In this document: piece by piece, positions 47,760-61,602 of the stretch
How the letters are laid out: every line of letters starts with the position of its first letter
Numbering within the stretch: position 1 is the stretch's first letter
NCBI RefSeq assembly: GCF_009914755.1
Contig: NC_060933.1
From: the human T2T-CHM13v2.0 reference genome, Homo sapiens
DNA: 64,000 bases
Reading direction: 5' to 3' (one strand)
Notes under the pieces: generated by a model
Database searches by the model: none
Told to the model about the DNA's origin: nothing
The model's input: only the letters and a program-made list of their open reading frames with translations
Made by a program: the position numbers and the translations under genes

Positions 47760-48162
47760 AGTAGTTAGTCCATTCTTGCACTGCTATAACGAAATACCTG
47801 AGACTGGGTAATTTATAAGGAAAAGAGGTTTAATTGGCTCACAGTTCCACAGGGTATACAGGAAGCATAGCAGCTTCTGCTACTGGGGAGGCCTCAGGAA
47901 ACTTATAGTCACGGCGGAAGGCAAAGGGGGAGTGAGTCATTTCACATGACAGGAGCAGAAGGAAGTGGGGTGGGAGGTGCCACACACTTTTAAACAACCA
48001 GATCTCATGAGAACTCACTATCATGACAGCTCCAAGGGGGATGGTGTTAAACCATGAAACCACCCCCATGATTTAATTACCTCCCACCAGGCCCCACCTC
48101 CAGCATTGGGGATTATATTTCAACATGAGATTTGGGTGGGGACACAGATCCAAACAGTATCA
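47760..48162 (-). mobile_element. MSTA/B LTR nested in an MLT1 LTR (~47405-48290)
   Basis: TTAGTCCATTCTTGCACTGCTATAA...GGGGACACAGATCCAAACAGTATCA; TSD GGGAC; MLT1 sequence resumes on both sides. Confidence 0.85.
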
Positions 48163-48955
48163 GGGACTTTAATTACATCTGCAAAATTCTTCACAGTAAT
48201 GCCTCAACTAGCATTTGATTAAATAAGTGGATGTTACACCAGGGAAAGGGAATCATCCCTTAGGGACGATCTTAGGATTCTGCCACTACAGGGTCACATC
48301 AGAAAGACACAAGATACAACAATCAATACATATAAATTGCTAGAGTATTATTGTTTAGGTCTGTGGACTCAAGAGACTCCAATAGCTAAACCTCTTTAAA
48401 AGTGACCTTAATCAGAATGTTTGCCTCGGTTCACATCAGGTTTTGCCAGACATCACTAATAGTTATCTGTCAATCATACATCTATCAGAGATATAGCAAA
48501 TACATACATTCCAAGTGCTACAGAGAAGGAAGAGGGGCCTGAAATGTTATTTAGTGTCCACTGAGTTCCCAACAGCCATCAGGTCATTCCATCCCCATTC
48601 TGCTTCTAAGATGGGTATCAGTGTCCTCATTTTCTGAGAATTCCGAGGCTCAAATTGTTTAGTGAATGACAGTGTTGCACAGCCAATACTGATTTCCAGC
48701 CATGAAACATGTAAACATTAAAGTCCACTGTCAACGTTAACCAGTATTCACACAATAAATAATAAAATATATTGAAAAGTGGGGCAAGGAGGAACAAGAG
48801 GCAACTTGAAGGGCCTCCAACAGCTAAATCTGGGATCTGTGCCACAAAATGATAGCAATGGATAACTCAGAATAAATTATTGCCCATTAGTCTATATTGG
48901 TATCAATAAATACCTGAATAAAGAAATGGGTGAAAGGAAAGCTCTTCCTTTATAG

Positions 48956-49477
48956 CAGGGGTCCCGAACCCCTGGGCCACAGGCCACTACTAGTCCATGG
49001 CCTGTTAGAACCCGGGATGCACAGCAGGAGGTGAGTGGTGGGCAAGTGATCAAAGCTTCATCTGTATTTATAGCCGCTCTCCATCGCTTGCATTACTGCC
49101 TGAGCTCTGCTTCCTGTCAGATTAGCAGCAGCATTACGTTCTCATAGGATTGCTAACCCTATTGTGAACTGTGCATGCAAGGGATCTAGGTTGCAGGCTC
49201 CTTATGAGTATCTAATGCCTGATTATCTGTCACTGTCTCCCATCACCCCTAGATGGGACCATCTAGTTGCAGGAAAACAAGCTCAGGGCTCCCACTGATT
49301 CTACATTATAGTGAGTTGTATAATTTTTTCATTATATATTACAATGTAATAATAATAAAGTGCAAAATAAATATAATGCACTTGAATCATCCCAAAACCA
49401 TCCCCCACCCCCAGGACTGTGGGAAAATTGTCTTCCATGAAACTGGTCTCTGGTGCCAGAAAGGTTGTAGACCACTG
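48956..49477. mobile_element. MER1A (hAT-Charlie) DNA transposon, full length
   Basis: CAGGGGTCCCGAACC...AGGTTGTAGACCACTG TIRs; 8-bp TSD CTTTATAG/CTTTACAG. Confidence 0.88.
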
Positions 49478-49524
49478 CTTTACAGAATTCCAATTAATGT
49501 AGAAGTCATAATAAAAATAAAAAA

Positions 49525-50171
<647 letters not shown>

Positions 50172-50349
50172 TAGAGTATCTTTCTATACTCCTATAGACA
50201 AAGATATTACAAAATTATCATCCTATGAAAAGATAATTAGAGAGTAATCAGCCAAAATAGGTAAGGAGAGAAAGCATTATAGAGATCTGTCAGGTAGTTA
50301 TATAATTTTTAAGTAAGCTATTTTTCTAAATTAAAAAAAAAATAGGAAA

Positions 50350-51050
50350 TTACCATTTGACATATACCAGAGCAGTAAGGCAGTAAGGCAAGACTCATCA
50401 ATCCTAAAATTTGTGGGCAGAGTATAAGAAATGGAGTATTTACTGTCTCAAAATATTTTCCCAGAAGGTAATAATTAATTACAAAAGGGAAAACAGTAAC
50501 TTTACAAAAGAGAAACCTGGCAGACACCATCTTAACCAAGTAATCAATGTTATGATTACTGATCAGACAAGCTGAGATTCTTGTGCCTGTTGACATGATG
50601 CACTGATACATCAACATCACTTCCATGGAGTTCTTACCAAAAGGCATATTTTTAAGAAATATCAGACAAACCAAAATCGAGGGCTATCCTATGAAATACC
50701 TGAGCAGTGCTCTTCAAAAGGTACCTAGGTCATGAAAAGCAAAGAAATTCTGTTTTTAGATTAAAGACGACTAAGGAGATATTATAACTAAATATAACAT
50801 GTGAACCTGAATTTGACGCTGGGCTAGAAAAAGAATAGGACAATGGTGAAAGTCGAATAGTCCATACATTTTATAATTGTTTTAGGTTTTTGACATATAT
50901 CCTCTAAGAGTTGTCTGAAGTCATTCTTTCCATGTCCTCAAAATCACACAAGAGAATTTTATCAATGTTAATTTCCTGATTTTCATAAGTGTACTGTGGT
51001 AATTTAAGATGTTACATTAGGGAATTGGGGTGAAGGGTTATAACACATTT
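50350..51050 (+). mobile_element. L1MC-type 3' fragment
   Basis: GAGAAACCTGGCAGACACCATCTTAACCAAG...AATATCAGACAAACC. Confidence 0.65.
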
Positions 51051-51169
51051 AAAAACCCACATTTTACCTCAATTTATCCACAATGAAATTTTGCTGTTAC
51101 CTCAAGTTTACTTAGTAAACAACTTTTTTAAAGGACGGAATTATTTTAACTCTTTCTGTTTTCTATATA

Positions 51170-51312
51170 TAGACTGCCCCTGACTTGATGGTTTGACAGG
51201 ATTTTTCAGCTTTACCACAGTGTGAAAGTGATATAAATTTAGTACATTTAACTAACCATGGGGTTATGTCCTGATAAACCCATCGTAAGTTGAAAATATC
51301 ATAAGCTGAAAG
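51170..51312. mobile_element. MER47/Tigger5-like fragment
   Basis: GGGGTTATGTCCTGATAAACCCATCGTAAGTTGAAAATATC. Confidence 0.65.
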
Positions 51313-51854
51313 TTTCAATTCCAATTTCTATCCTGAAACTTCTAGAGGCAGTTAAAACTTTAACTATAGGCAGCATGTTTATTCTAATGATTTTTTTTAA
51401 CCTACCTTAAGGTTATTATGAGAACTAAACAAGATGATGCAAGTAAAGTACTTATAACATTGCTTGACAATAAACAGTCTCTCTGAGGTAGATACTATTT
51501 ATTATTTCTCATTTTACAGGTGAGAAATTTGAGGCTTGGAGATGAAAAATAACTGGCTTAAAGATACATAGGTAGGAAGTGGCAGTACAAGACTTTGAAC
51601 CATGTCTGACCACAATGCAATACAGTTTGTCTTCTGTTCTAAAGCATTCTTATTAATGTCAACCCATTCTTAAATCCTTCATTACACAAAAAAAATCAAG
51701 TTTTTCTCTTTCCCTCTCAATGGCATTTACCATTTGTCTTGAATTTTGGATCTAATGTCATCAACAACAAAAAATGCAAGCAAGAACCAGTTACTCAATT
51801 GCAAAACCAACATTCTGGATGCAGTACAAAAGTTAGTTAACTTAATCACTGATA

Positions 51855-52948
51855 CTCACATCACAAATTGCTTACTTTATTTCTTTAACAATGAAATAGT
51901 AATAACACAATAATTCAGTTGTAACAAAGCCACCAACAGAGCAAAACAAAAACAAAGCTAATTAAGAAGCATTGCTTCAGCTCAAATTAGTTATCTCCTT
52001 TAAACAGGAAAAACGACCATTAGTCTACTGGTTCTCAACCCTGTCTGCACATGAGAGGAATGGAGGGAAACAGGACAGGTGTTTAAAAAAATAGTTATAT
52101 CCAAGACCCACCTCAGAACTATTAAATGAGAATCTCTCAAGAGTGAGGCCCAGGCAAAGATTTTTAAAGTGCTGTCAGTGTTGAAAACTACAGGTCTAAA
52201 GTAATAAGGAATAAAACCATGCCTCGAAGCAATTCAAAACCAAGAAGCTGATTATACAATAAATTTTTTCCTCTAATCCTGGGAAAACAGGGGGAAGCAG
52301 GCACCGATTCAGTTTTCATTTTTCTTTATCCATCTTCAGTTGCCCATAGTAGAGCTTAACCAACATCAAATATTGGAAGCTTTGCAAACACGCTACCCAA
52401 ATTGAAATTATCACTACTTTACATTTAGAAAGCTCTTTTAAAACAATAGCTTTTACAACAATCCCGCCCATCTTAAGTTTGCATAGATGTTCAAGTCAGC
52501 TATTTGTTCAACTAACAGAGTCAATAGAATGTATTAGAAAGTACTTTATTAACAAGTTATTATAAAACAATATTCATTTTATATACCACAAATAAACTTT
52601 TTGGTGCAGATAGGAGGAATATTTGAGTTTTTCCCACCTATTTCTAAAACTGCTAGAATTTCTTTTTATAAGATCAGTACCTTCAATTCTAGAATTTAAA
52701 CAAAACTTTTTGCTCTAAGAATGCATACATAAAATACTTCCCCTACAACTGTACTCTATCCTTGACAAATCCTTATTAAGAGGTTCAGTAGTAACTGTAG
52801 GTATTTAATGTCAGAACAATCTTTCTTCATTTCTCAGGTTTGGAAATATAACTTCAAGTATGGAAAATAACTTTTCCCTTAAGAATACGAGAATTCACTT
52901 AGAGACATCTCCTCAAATCAGCCAATCCCACTGCTTCGGCTCCTTACA
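51855..52948 (-). other. C9orf40: C9orf40 3' UTR (approximate), with candidate AATAAA signals at 52545-52550 and 51876-51881
   Basis: AT-rich, mostly unique sequence downstream of the stop; TTTATT on + strand at the two positions. True 3' end not determinable from sequence alone. Confidence 0.6.
52025..52195. mobile_element. MER5A-like element in the C9orf40 3' UTR
   Basis: GGTTCTCAACCCTG...GAATCTCT...GGCCCAGG...GTTGAAAACTA. Confidence 0.55.
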
Positions 52949-53107
52949 TCAGGACTCCATGTCAACCTCAGCCCCTTCATTCCTGCCCTGAAGTGTTGCT
53001 TCTGTCAGGGTGTCTTCACTTAAATCTTCAATGTCTGCCAGATCAATAGGAGGCAAAGGATTCCTCCAGTACTGGAAGGTATTATACTGCCAAAATTCTT
53101 CATTGTG
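52949..53107 (-). CDS. C9orf40: C9orf40 exon 2 coding part (aa 143-194 + stop)
   Basis: Polypyrimidine tract + AG acceptor (CTAAAG|CAC). Encodes HNEEFWQYNTFQYWRNPLPPIDL...EVDMES*; 142+52 = 194 aa in frame. Confidence 0.95.
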   Translation of the reverse strand, partial: HNEEFWQYNTFQYWRNPLPPIDLADIEDLSEDTLTEATLQGRNEGAEVDMES

Positions 53108-54152
53108 CTTTAGAGAAAAAAGAGAGATCAAAGAGCATCAATAGCTTAGAAAAAATTAAGTTTTTTTCAGAAAACAAATTTGTTTTAAAGGCAAACTCAT
53201 ATAAGATTTTGTAATCTTCTATTTTGTATTTTTAACAAATATACATTTTAAATTTTGTCTCATCTAAGTACTTCATGTACTCGATGAAATCTGTGCATTT
53301 TAATATTTACAATTTGTGAAAGTATTTGTTAAATTTAAAGGAATTTCCTCCAAGAGCATCTCTTTCCACAGTTTTTCTCCCATTTTTCACCTAAAGAAAA
53401 TTATCTAAAAAGTCTTAAAATTTTTTATCTTTCAAGAAGGAAAAGAAGAATTTATTTTAAAAATACAAACACAGACACACTCCTTATAACTTACTTTTGG
53501 TCTTGTTCTTAAGGTCTGGTATTTTAGGAGATTTACTTTACATAGGCCAAAATATTTTGAAATCTTCCAAAAAGTATTAGGTTATAAACATGACGAATAG
53601 CAAGAAAATGTTAAACTGATCATTTTATTAAAGATAAAAAAAAAATCAATGCTCAGTAGCCACATGACCTAGTGGCTACTGTGCTGGACAGCACAGGTCT
53701 GTAAGAAAGTCTCATTAGGAAGTTCACTGTCTTCTATGCTGAGCCTTAAAGAATTAAGTTTTGGGGGAATTTCTTAATATTGGGATAAACACACAATAAG
53801 TCAAAAGATATTAAGAAAAATTTCACTTTAATATTTTGGAAAATCTACTGTACAAATTATCTACTTATAAACAAGGACCAAAAAAAGGTCTTTTAATTAT
53901 GTTAGTAAAACATAGTGACTAAGGGCACACAAACTTTGCCACCAGACAGACCTGGGTTTGCAAGATAACTCCACCGCCCACTAACTCTGATCTTGACCTT
54001 ATTGATAAAATGGAGGACTGTTGTAAAAATTCAGGCTTGGCATAGTAATTGCTCAATATTGCTAGGTATTATATCCCAATAAGCCTATGAATCATTAATC
54101 ACTGTCTCCTTAGAGCATTTCTGCTTACTTTCTGTTAAGAATATCTAACAGT

Positions 54153-55030
54153 TGGCTGGGCATGATTACACCTGTAATCCCAGCACTTTGGGAGGCAGAA
54201 GGATCGCTTGAGCCCCAGAGTTTGAGACCAGCCCTGGCAACAAAGCAAGACTCCATCTCAATTTATGAAAAACAAACAAATAAACAAGAAACTAACAGTT
54301 AACACTGACAGAGCAGTGAATCTACATAGTGACACTAACATGAAAAAAATACATGAATATTTAATGAATACCTGATTTTATTTCTGTAGTCAAAAAACAT
54401 CTGAAACAGGAAATACCCTGAAGTTCCGGGACAGAAATGACGTAACATTATCCTGCCTAGATTGTATTCTCAATGTAGAAAAAAGGTATTTGAGGTAGTA
54501 TTTCCTAAATGAAGTCCCAAGGGTGAGGGCTGGGACTTAAGCCCTATTCTGAGCACAAAAGAAACCAGGCATTTACTGTATTGAACTGTTTACTTCTTTT
54601 TGTTATATTCAATTTTCCCTTGGTAATCAGGTATAAAATCCTTAAAACAAAAAGCCTGTGTCTTTGGAGGCAGGAAGGAGAAACAGAAGCTGGAGAGAGC
54701 ATGATTGTAAAAGAGAAGCGCCTCCAGAACAAATCTAACAAAAAGAAGGAATAGGAGTGTTACTGGGCTTTCCTCAAAAGAGGGCCTGACAGTGGCTCAC
54801 GCCTGTAATCCCAGCTATTTGGTAGGCAGAGGCGGGAGGATCACTTGAGCCCAGCCTGGGTAACATGGCAAAACCCCATCTCCACAAAAAAAAAAAAAAT
54901 TAGTCCAGCGTGGTGGTGTGCACCTGCAGTCCCAACTATTCAGGAAGCTAAGGTTGCAGTGAGCTGGGATGGTGCCACTGCACTCCAGCCTGGGCATGGG
55001 AGCGAGACCCCAAGACCCTTTTTTAAAAAA
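54153..55030 (+). mobile_element. FLAM (54153-54290) and degenerate Alu (54783-55030) in the C9orf40 intron
   Basis: Consensus; FLAM TSD ending CTAACAGTT. Confidence 0.8.
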
Positions 55031-55779
55031 CAACAAAGAGAACAAGGGTAGTCTTGGTGAAGAAAGAACCCCTGGAGCCAACCTTTTTCCCTGTCATGCG
55101 CTTGCAGCGACTATAGGAAGTAGAGAGCTGCCAGATCTAGTTACTGCTGTGGGGGAAAAGAGTTGAGTCTAAGACTAAGCAAGCATCACCGTTTCAGGCT
55201 ACTAGAGAACTCTTACGCTTTGCCTACTGCCATTTCCATATTTCCCTCTTATCACTGTGTGGCATAGTATAGACAGTGTATTCTGTATTCTGGTAGGAGA
55301 CAAGCCTATGCATGAGTGGAGTACTAAAATGGTCTGAAGAGCTTTCAAAAAGTTTTCAAACTACACAGTCCCTAATCTCCATATCCATTATGGATGGATG
55401 GTTTAGAAGACTATCCATCTGTTTTCAGTTGATTTTGAATATCTGAGAGCAATCTGAAGAAAAAGTTTAAATAAGGCTCATGTTTCAACCATAGGAAAAA
55501 AAAAAAAAAAGTCTTTCCCAACTATAAAACTCTCGTTATTTTATTGGATTTTTCACATGAACAAGTCATGCCTAAGAAATTTCATTTATTTTTTTGGAAA
55601 GGTATTTGAAAACCCTGACATAAGATACTTGAGAAAATAGAAAAACGTTGGGAGGATGCTATCAGACAGCTGAAGAGAATTTGGTGAATTCTGAGAAACC
55701 TGTACTTGGTTCTTCATCTCCCAAGTCCCCTGCCATTCAGGATTGTGAAAAAGTAGTATGAATTCCTAAGTCTAGACCA

Positions 55780-56045
55780 AAGCTGTCCAATAAATATATA
55801 ATGCTCCAAAAACATAATTTAAAATTTTCTAGTAGCTGTATTTAAAAAGTAAAAGAAACTTCTGGTATTAATTTTAATATATTTTCTTCAATATAGCCAA
55901 GTTATTTCATGTGTAATCAATATAAAATTGAGCTATTTTATCTTCATTTATTAAATCCACGAAATTTCGTGTATATTTTAAACTTAGAGCACATTTCCAT
56001 TTGGACTAGTCACGTTTCAAGTGTTCTTACCGGCTAGCGGCCGGG
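55780..56045. mobile_element. MER33-like DNA transposon
   Basis: GCTGTCCAATAAATATATAATG...TTTAAATTTTCTAGTAGC...GGACTAGTCACGTTTCAAGTG. Confidence 0.6.
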
Positions 56046-56182
56046 CAGCAGAGATCTAGGCAAACCGAGGCATACCTAGATCTTCTCAGGATTCTTACAT
56101 GCAGAGATGAGGCAGGCTCATGTCTTGAATAGAAACCCGCCAATGATTCTCATATACGCCTTAAGGCCCAAATTAATTTTCT

Positions 56183-56499
<317 letters not shown>

Positions 56500-56769
56500 T
56501 AATTTTCAATGATACTTTTGCCTAGGATCAGATTTAACACTATGAGTTAAAACAAAGCTTTGACCAAGGTACGGTGGTCCATCCTTTTCTCCAGAAGCTG
56601 TACCAGCCGGTAGGACGTTCAATTAATCAATGGCTACCACACTGGTCTCCCTCTAGAAAAAGAACTCTATCCCGAATTCTAGACTAATCATCGTTAAACC
56701 CAGGAAGGCCCTCTACACCTTTATCTGTCGTTTGTCTTTGGGCTGAACCTATGCCCTGACGGTCTGCGT

Positions 56770-58030
56770 TCTCGCCATGCTCACAGCCCGCCACGACCCA
56801 CGGTCCCGTTTCCCTTTTACGGAGCGCGGCGCTGACGCCGCAAGGCCACTTCTATCGCTCCCGACCACGGTCTGTTTCCCCCTCGCCCAGCCCAGTGCTT
56901 TCTGCCCATCGGACTCTCGGGGTGTGCTTCTGGCGGTCGGCGTCCTCTCCCGGAGCGGTGACCCCTTCTTTCAACCCCCTCAGGCGTCTTAACCTACACA
57001 AGTCATGAGTGGGAACCGGGGCGTTTTGTGTGTGTGGGGAAAAGGCAAGCCCCTTCGCCCCTCAGCCCACCCGCCCCCAGCCCCTACCTGGCGCGATGCG
57101 ACCCCCCAGTCTCCCCGCGGGGGTCCTGCGCGCCCCGCCCCGTCGTCGCCACCGCCCCCCGGGAGCCGGGCGCCCGGGAGCTCCTCCCCCGGCCCCGGCA
57201 GTACGGGCGGCGGCGGCAGCGGCGGATCGCCTGTCTCCAGACCGTGGTCCTCACGCTCCTGGCCGCTCGGGGCGCTGTTGTCCCCGCTGTCACGGCGCTT
57301 GCTGGGCGAAGCCGAGGGCTCTGCCATGGTCCCTGCGTCGATTTTGCGCTTTCGGTGCTGCTCTGGGACGCCGAGGAGCTGCCCAGCATGCGCGACCCCG
57401 GGCGGCCGGATCCAGAGAGGCGGTGGCGGCGGCTGCTCAGCGAAGTCGCAAAGCAGGAGCCGCTTCCAAGGCACGTGGAACGTCACCGGCTCGGCCGCAC
57501 GCCGCTTGGCCATGGGCCCAGAGGCTCGGGCGGAGCCCGCCAGGCGCGGGAGACCGAGTGCCGATAGCTGCGGGGGGCGAAGAGCGAGGACTGAGCGCGT
57601 GAGAGAGGGACAGGCCGAAGTCGGGCGAGGAGGCGACAGGACGCTGGAGGGGGTAGGGCGGGGCAGCTCGCGCAGGGCCTAGGGCTGGGGCTCCGGCTCG
57701 GAGGCAGCTCCCGCGCTCAGCCCTCGCCGCCGCCGAGATGCGGCCCGGACGTTGAGAAGCAACCGCGAAGCGGCGGAGATTCGAACCTGCGCACAACGTG
57801 CGCGCGCGCACTCTGTCTGGCCAGGCGGAGCCGCTGGTTGGTGGAGGCTCGCGGGGCGCGCTCCCGAGCGCCCTCGCGACCGGAAGTGCGCGCTCGGGGG
57901 TAGGCGGGAAGGCCGCGGCGGGATTAATTAAAGACCCGATCAAGCGGCCCGCAGAGGGGCGTGACCTTGTTTCCTCAGGAGTGTGGCGGTGGTCTTACTA
58001 CTATGTTCGTTATAGCGCGGTACGTTCTAG
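56770..58030. promoter_or_regulatory. CpG island / C9orf40 promoter, probably bidirectional
   Basis: Very high GC and CpG density over exon 1 and upstream. ETS/GABPA CCGGAAGTG at 57880-57888, NRF1-like GCGC repeats at 57798-57811, GC boxes. Confidence 0.9.
57088..57513 (-). CDS. C9orf40: C9orf40 exon 1 coding part (aa 1-142)
   Basis: ORF MAKRRAAEPVTFHVPWKRLLLCDFAEQPPPPP... recognised as C9orf40. ATG at 57513 in good Kozak context (CCCATGG). Phase-0 donor CAG|GTAGGG at 57088/57087; 426 nt = 142 codons. Confidence 0.95.
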
Positions 58031-58110
58031 ACCCTTCTATAGGAAATTTAAAACCTTTAAAATGTGTATTTCCTTCCTCCAGTCAGTGACCACGGGGGCG
58101 TCTCCATGAG
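57950..58110 (+). ncRNA. Possible 5' region of a divergent lncRNA (recalled as CARNMT1-AS1/C9orf41-AS1)
   Basis: Based on recall of the locus plus bidirectional-promoter motifs; exon boundaries not visible in sequence. Confidence 0.35.
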
Positions 58111-58129
58111 ATTAAGACAAAGATTATAA

Positions 58130-60557
58130 TAGAGTTCCAGACTATCCTGGGCAACATAGCAAGACCTCGTCTCTACAAAAAATCAAAAATAGGCCAGGCT
58201 TGTTGGCCTGCCCCTGTGGTCCCAGCTACTCGGGAGGCTGAGGAGGAAGATTCACTTGAGCCTGGGAGGTGGAGGCTGTAGTGAGCCAGAGATCGCACCA
58301 CTACACTGCAGCCTGGGCAACAGAGCGAGATGCCGTCTCAAAAAAAAAAAAAAAAAAGGAAAAGGATAATACAAGGTTTAAATAAAACTAGTGTTTAAGA
58401 AGCTTCACAGTAGGTTGTTATTCAAAACAAAAGACTGAAGGGAGTCTGGGCTGAGGGAAGTAGCTAAAGCTAACAGAAAACACAAATCGAAGTGTATGTT
58501 TTGCATGTTTTGCGCAGCTGCTGTGGAAGGTGAAGCAGGCCCTACATTCCTGGAAGATCTCTTGATTAAAAACTTATGGAGGAAGTTACAGACAAAATGT
58601 GCAGCTCATCCAAAATAGCTGAGTAGTTGGCAAGAACCAAGCCTGAAGCGCAGCTGTCCTTTCTAACTGAAACCTAAAATTGTTGGGCTCTTAAATTAAT
58701 GTTGGAAGGCTGAGTTCCCTGCTTACTATGGGCGGTGGTCAGATCAAGATTCTATGGCCATTACAGCAAAATAGTGTTGTCAGGTGAAGTGAGGTGGAGA
58801 CAATTGCAGTATATTTACTATTTTATTATTTTTATTTTTTATTTTGTTTGAGACAGGGTCTCTCTCGGCCACCTAGGCGGGAGTGCAGTGGTGCCATCAC
58901 GGCTCACTGCAGCCGGGCCCCACTGAGCTCAAGCGATCTCCTGTCTGGGCCTCCCAAAGTGCTTGGTTTATAGGTGTGAGCCACCGCATCTGGTCGTATT
59001 TACTATTTTAATAGTTTGATAAAGACAGTAACCAAGTAAGCAGAAATGGAAGGAAGAAAATAAGACTATTACCAGTGCTTTGAAGGGAAAAACTATCATC
59101 CTCTGTAGAAAAAGTGTGCAAGAAAGATAATTCTATTTTAGTGCTAGGTACTATCTCAGTACTAATTTACCCTGTACCCCTGCATCTCAAGGTGGTTGTG
59201 AGAGGACAAGTTAATTATTAGTTATTAACAAGCACAGAAATGTACCAAGTTAGGGTAGTAAGCAATAGCTTTTCTGTTTGGTTTTTACTTTTCTTGTTTG
59301 AAATTGGTAACCGGCCGGGTGCGGTGGCTCACGTCTTTAATCCCAGCACTTTTGGGAAGATGAGGTGCACAGATCACCTGAGCCCAGGAGTTCCATACCA
59401 GCCTGGCCAACATGGTGAAACCCCATCTCTACAGAAAATACAAAAATTAGCCAGAGGTGGTGCCTTGCACCTGTAGTCCCAGGGAGGCTGAGGTGGGAGG
59501 ATCGCTTGAACCCTGGAGGCAGAGGCCAAGATTGCACCACTGTACTTCCAGCCTGGGTGACAGTGTGAGACCCTGTCTCCAAAAAAAAAAAAATAAATTG
59601 AAAACCCGTCTGTCTCAAACAGAGGAAGAGTTTTGCCATTTTTAAATCAGCAGGAAAGATCTTAATCGTAGTCATCAAGTGCTGTTTGAAAGGTTTTGAG
59701 TACCCCCAAAATAATAAGTTTAGCTAATGGTTGGTTCTTTTGTGTTCCTCTTTACAAACGCTCATTTTTTCAAAATTGTGAAACTTATCATATATGCAAA
59801 AGGTTGTATAAAATACACATGTAGTTAAAAGAATGATAGTAAGACATACAGCATTCTGTTTCAGAAATAGAATACTACCTATACTAGAACATGACAAGCT
59901 CCCTATGCGTCCCTTCCCCACTGGCACATACCCTTCCCTTTCCCTCACTCCCGGTAATTACCGTTTTACATGTTGAGTTAATCATTCCTTTGCTTTTTAA
60001 CTCTTCCATTTGTATGTCTGTATGTATATTGCTAAATAACTTTTTTTTTTTTTTTTTTTTTTTTTTGAAACGGGGCTTGCTCTGTTGCCCTGGCTGGAGA
60101 GCAGTGATATGATTACAGCTCACTGCAGCCCTGACCTCTCAGGGGCAAGCAGTCCTCCCACCTCAGCCTCCTGAGTAGCTGAGACTACAGGTGTACATCA
60201 CCACACCCAGCTAATTTTTAAAATTTTTTTGTAGAGCCAGGGTTTTGCCACGTTGCCCAGACTTGTCTCAAAGTCCTGAACTCAAACAATCTGCCTGCCC
60301 TGGCCTCCCAAAGTGTTGGGATTACAGGCATGAGCCACCACACCCAGCTTAATATATTTTCTGAGACCAGGTCTTGCTCTGTTGCCCAGGCTGGAATGTA
60401 GTGGCGTGATCACTGCTCACTGCAGCTTCAACTTCCTGGCCTCAAGCAATCCTCCTGCCTCAGCCTCCCAAGTAGCTGGGCCCATGGCTTGTGCCACCAC
60501 ACCCAGCTAATTTTTTATTTTTAGTAGCAACAAGGTCTCACTATGTTGCCCAGGCTT
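58130..60557. mobile_element. Alu set: + 58130-58355, minus monomer 58820-58995, + 59313-59595, minus 60041-60348, minus 60360-60557
   Basis: Consensus. Confidence 0.85.
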
Positions 60558-61282
60558 GTTTTGCCGGGCTTTTTTTTGTTTTTGTTTTTAAAACAGCTTT
60601 ACCTAGGTCTAAATGACACACAATAATGTGCATATAAAGTGTACAATTTGACATTCATACACCTGTGAAACCATAACCACCATCAAGATGATCAAAGTTT
60701 TGAGAGCAATCTTTGACATCTTGTTCTTTAGGAGTGTGTCAACTATACTTGGCCCTTTGTTCTTCCATAATAGCATCCTCTGTAACATTTAGTTACCCTT
60801 TTGGAATTTTGGTTATAATTGCATTGAGATTATAGATCAATTTGGGAAGAATTATTATCTTTACAATACCAAGCTCATTTCCTGTTCAAGAATATAACTA
60901 AGTTTTTAAAAATCTTTCAATAAAGTTTTATATTTCTCAACATAAAGAGCTTATATCTTTGTTAAGTTTATCCCTAGGCACTTTATAATTTTTGTAGACA
61001 ATATTCTTTTTCTTTTTAAATAACATTTTCTGAGTTTTTGTTGCTGCTCTGGGTTCTTTTTTTTTTAAGGCCCCAGAAGTAGAATTTGAAATTAGTTTAC
61101 CCTAAGTTGTAAGTAGTACCAGATCCACTCGTTCAAGGAATTTGTCCATTTCATTCATCACATTTGTTGGAATATTTTCTTAGTTTCTCTTTTTCCCATT
61201 TCATTGGCTTCTACTAAATTTGGATTTACTTTGCTCTTCTTTCTCTAGCTTCTTCTAATAGAACCTAGGTCACTGATTGTAG

Positions 61283-61602
<320 letters not shown>

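Noticed and set aside
56989-57087. ORF-track extension of C9orf40 to 174 aa
   Set aside because: Read-through past the canonical donor at 57087; the spliced 194-aa form fits exactly.
57005-57682. 225-aa and other long + strand ORFs over C9orf40 exon 1
   Set aside because: Shadow ORFs expected in very GC-rich DNA antisense to a real exon; low-complexity, no recognisable domain.
57770-57850. tRNA-like element in the promoter (GGTTCGAATC)
   Set aside because: No acceptor or T-stem pairing and no cloverleaf; only a B-box motif is retained as a finding.
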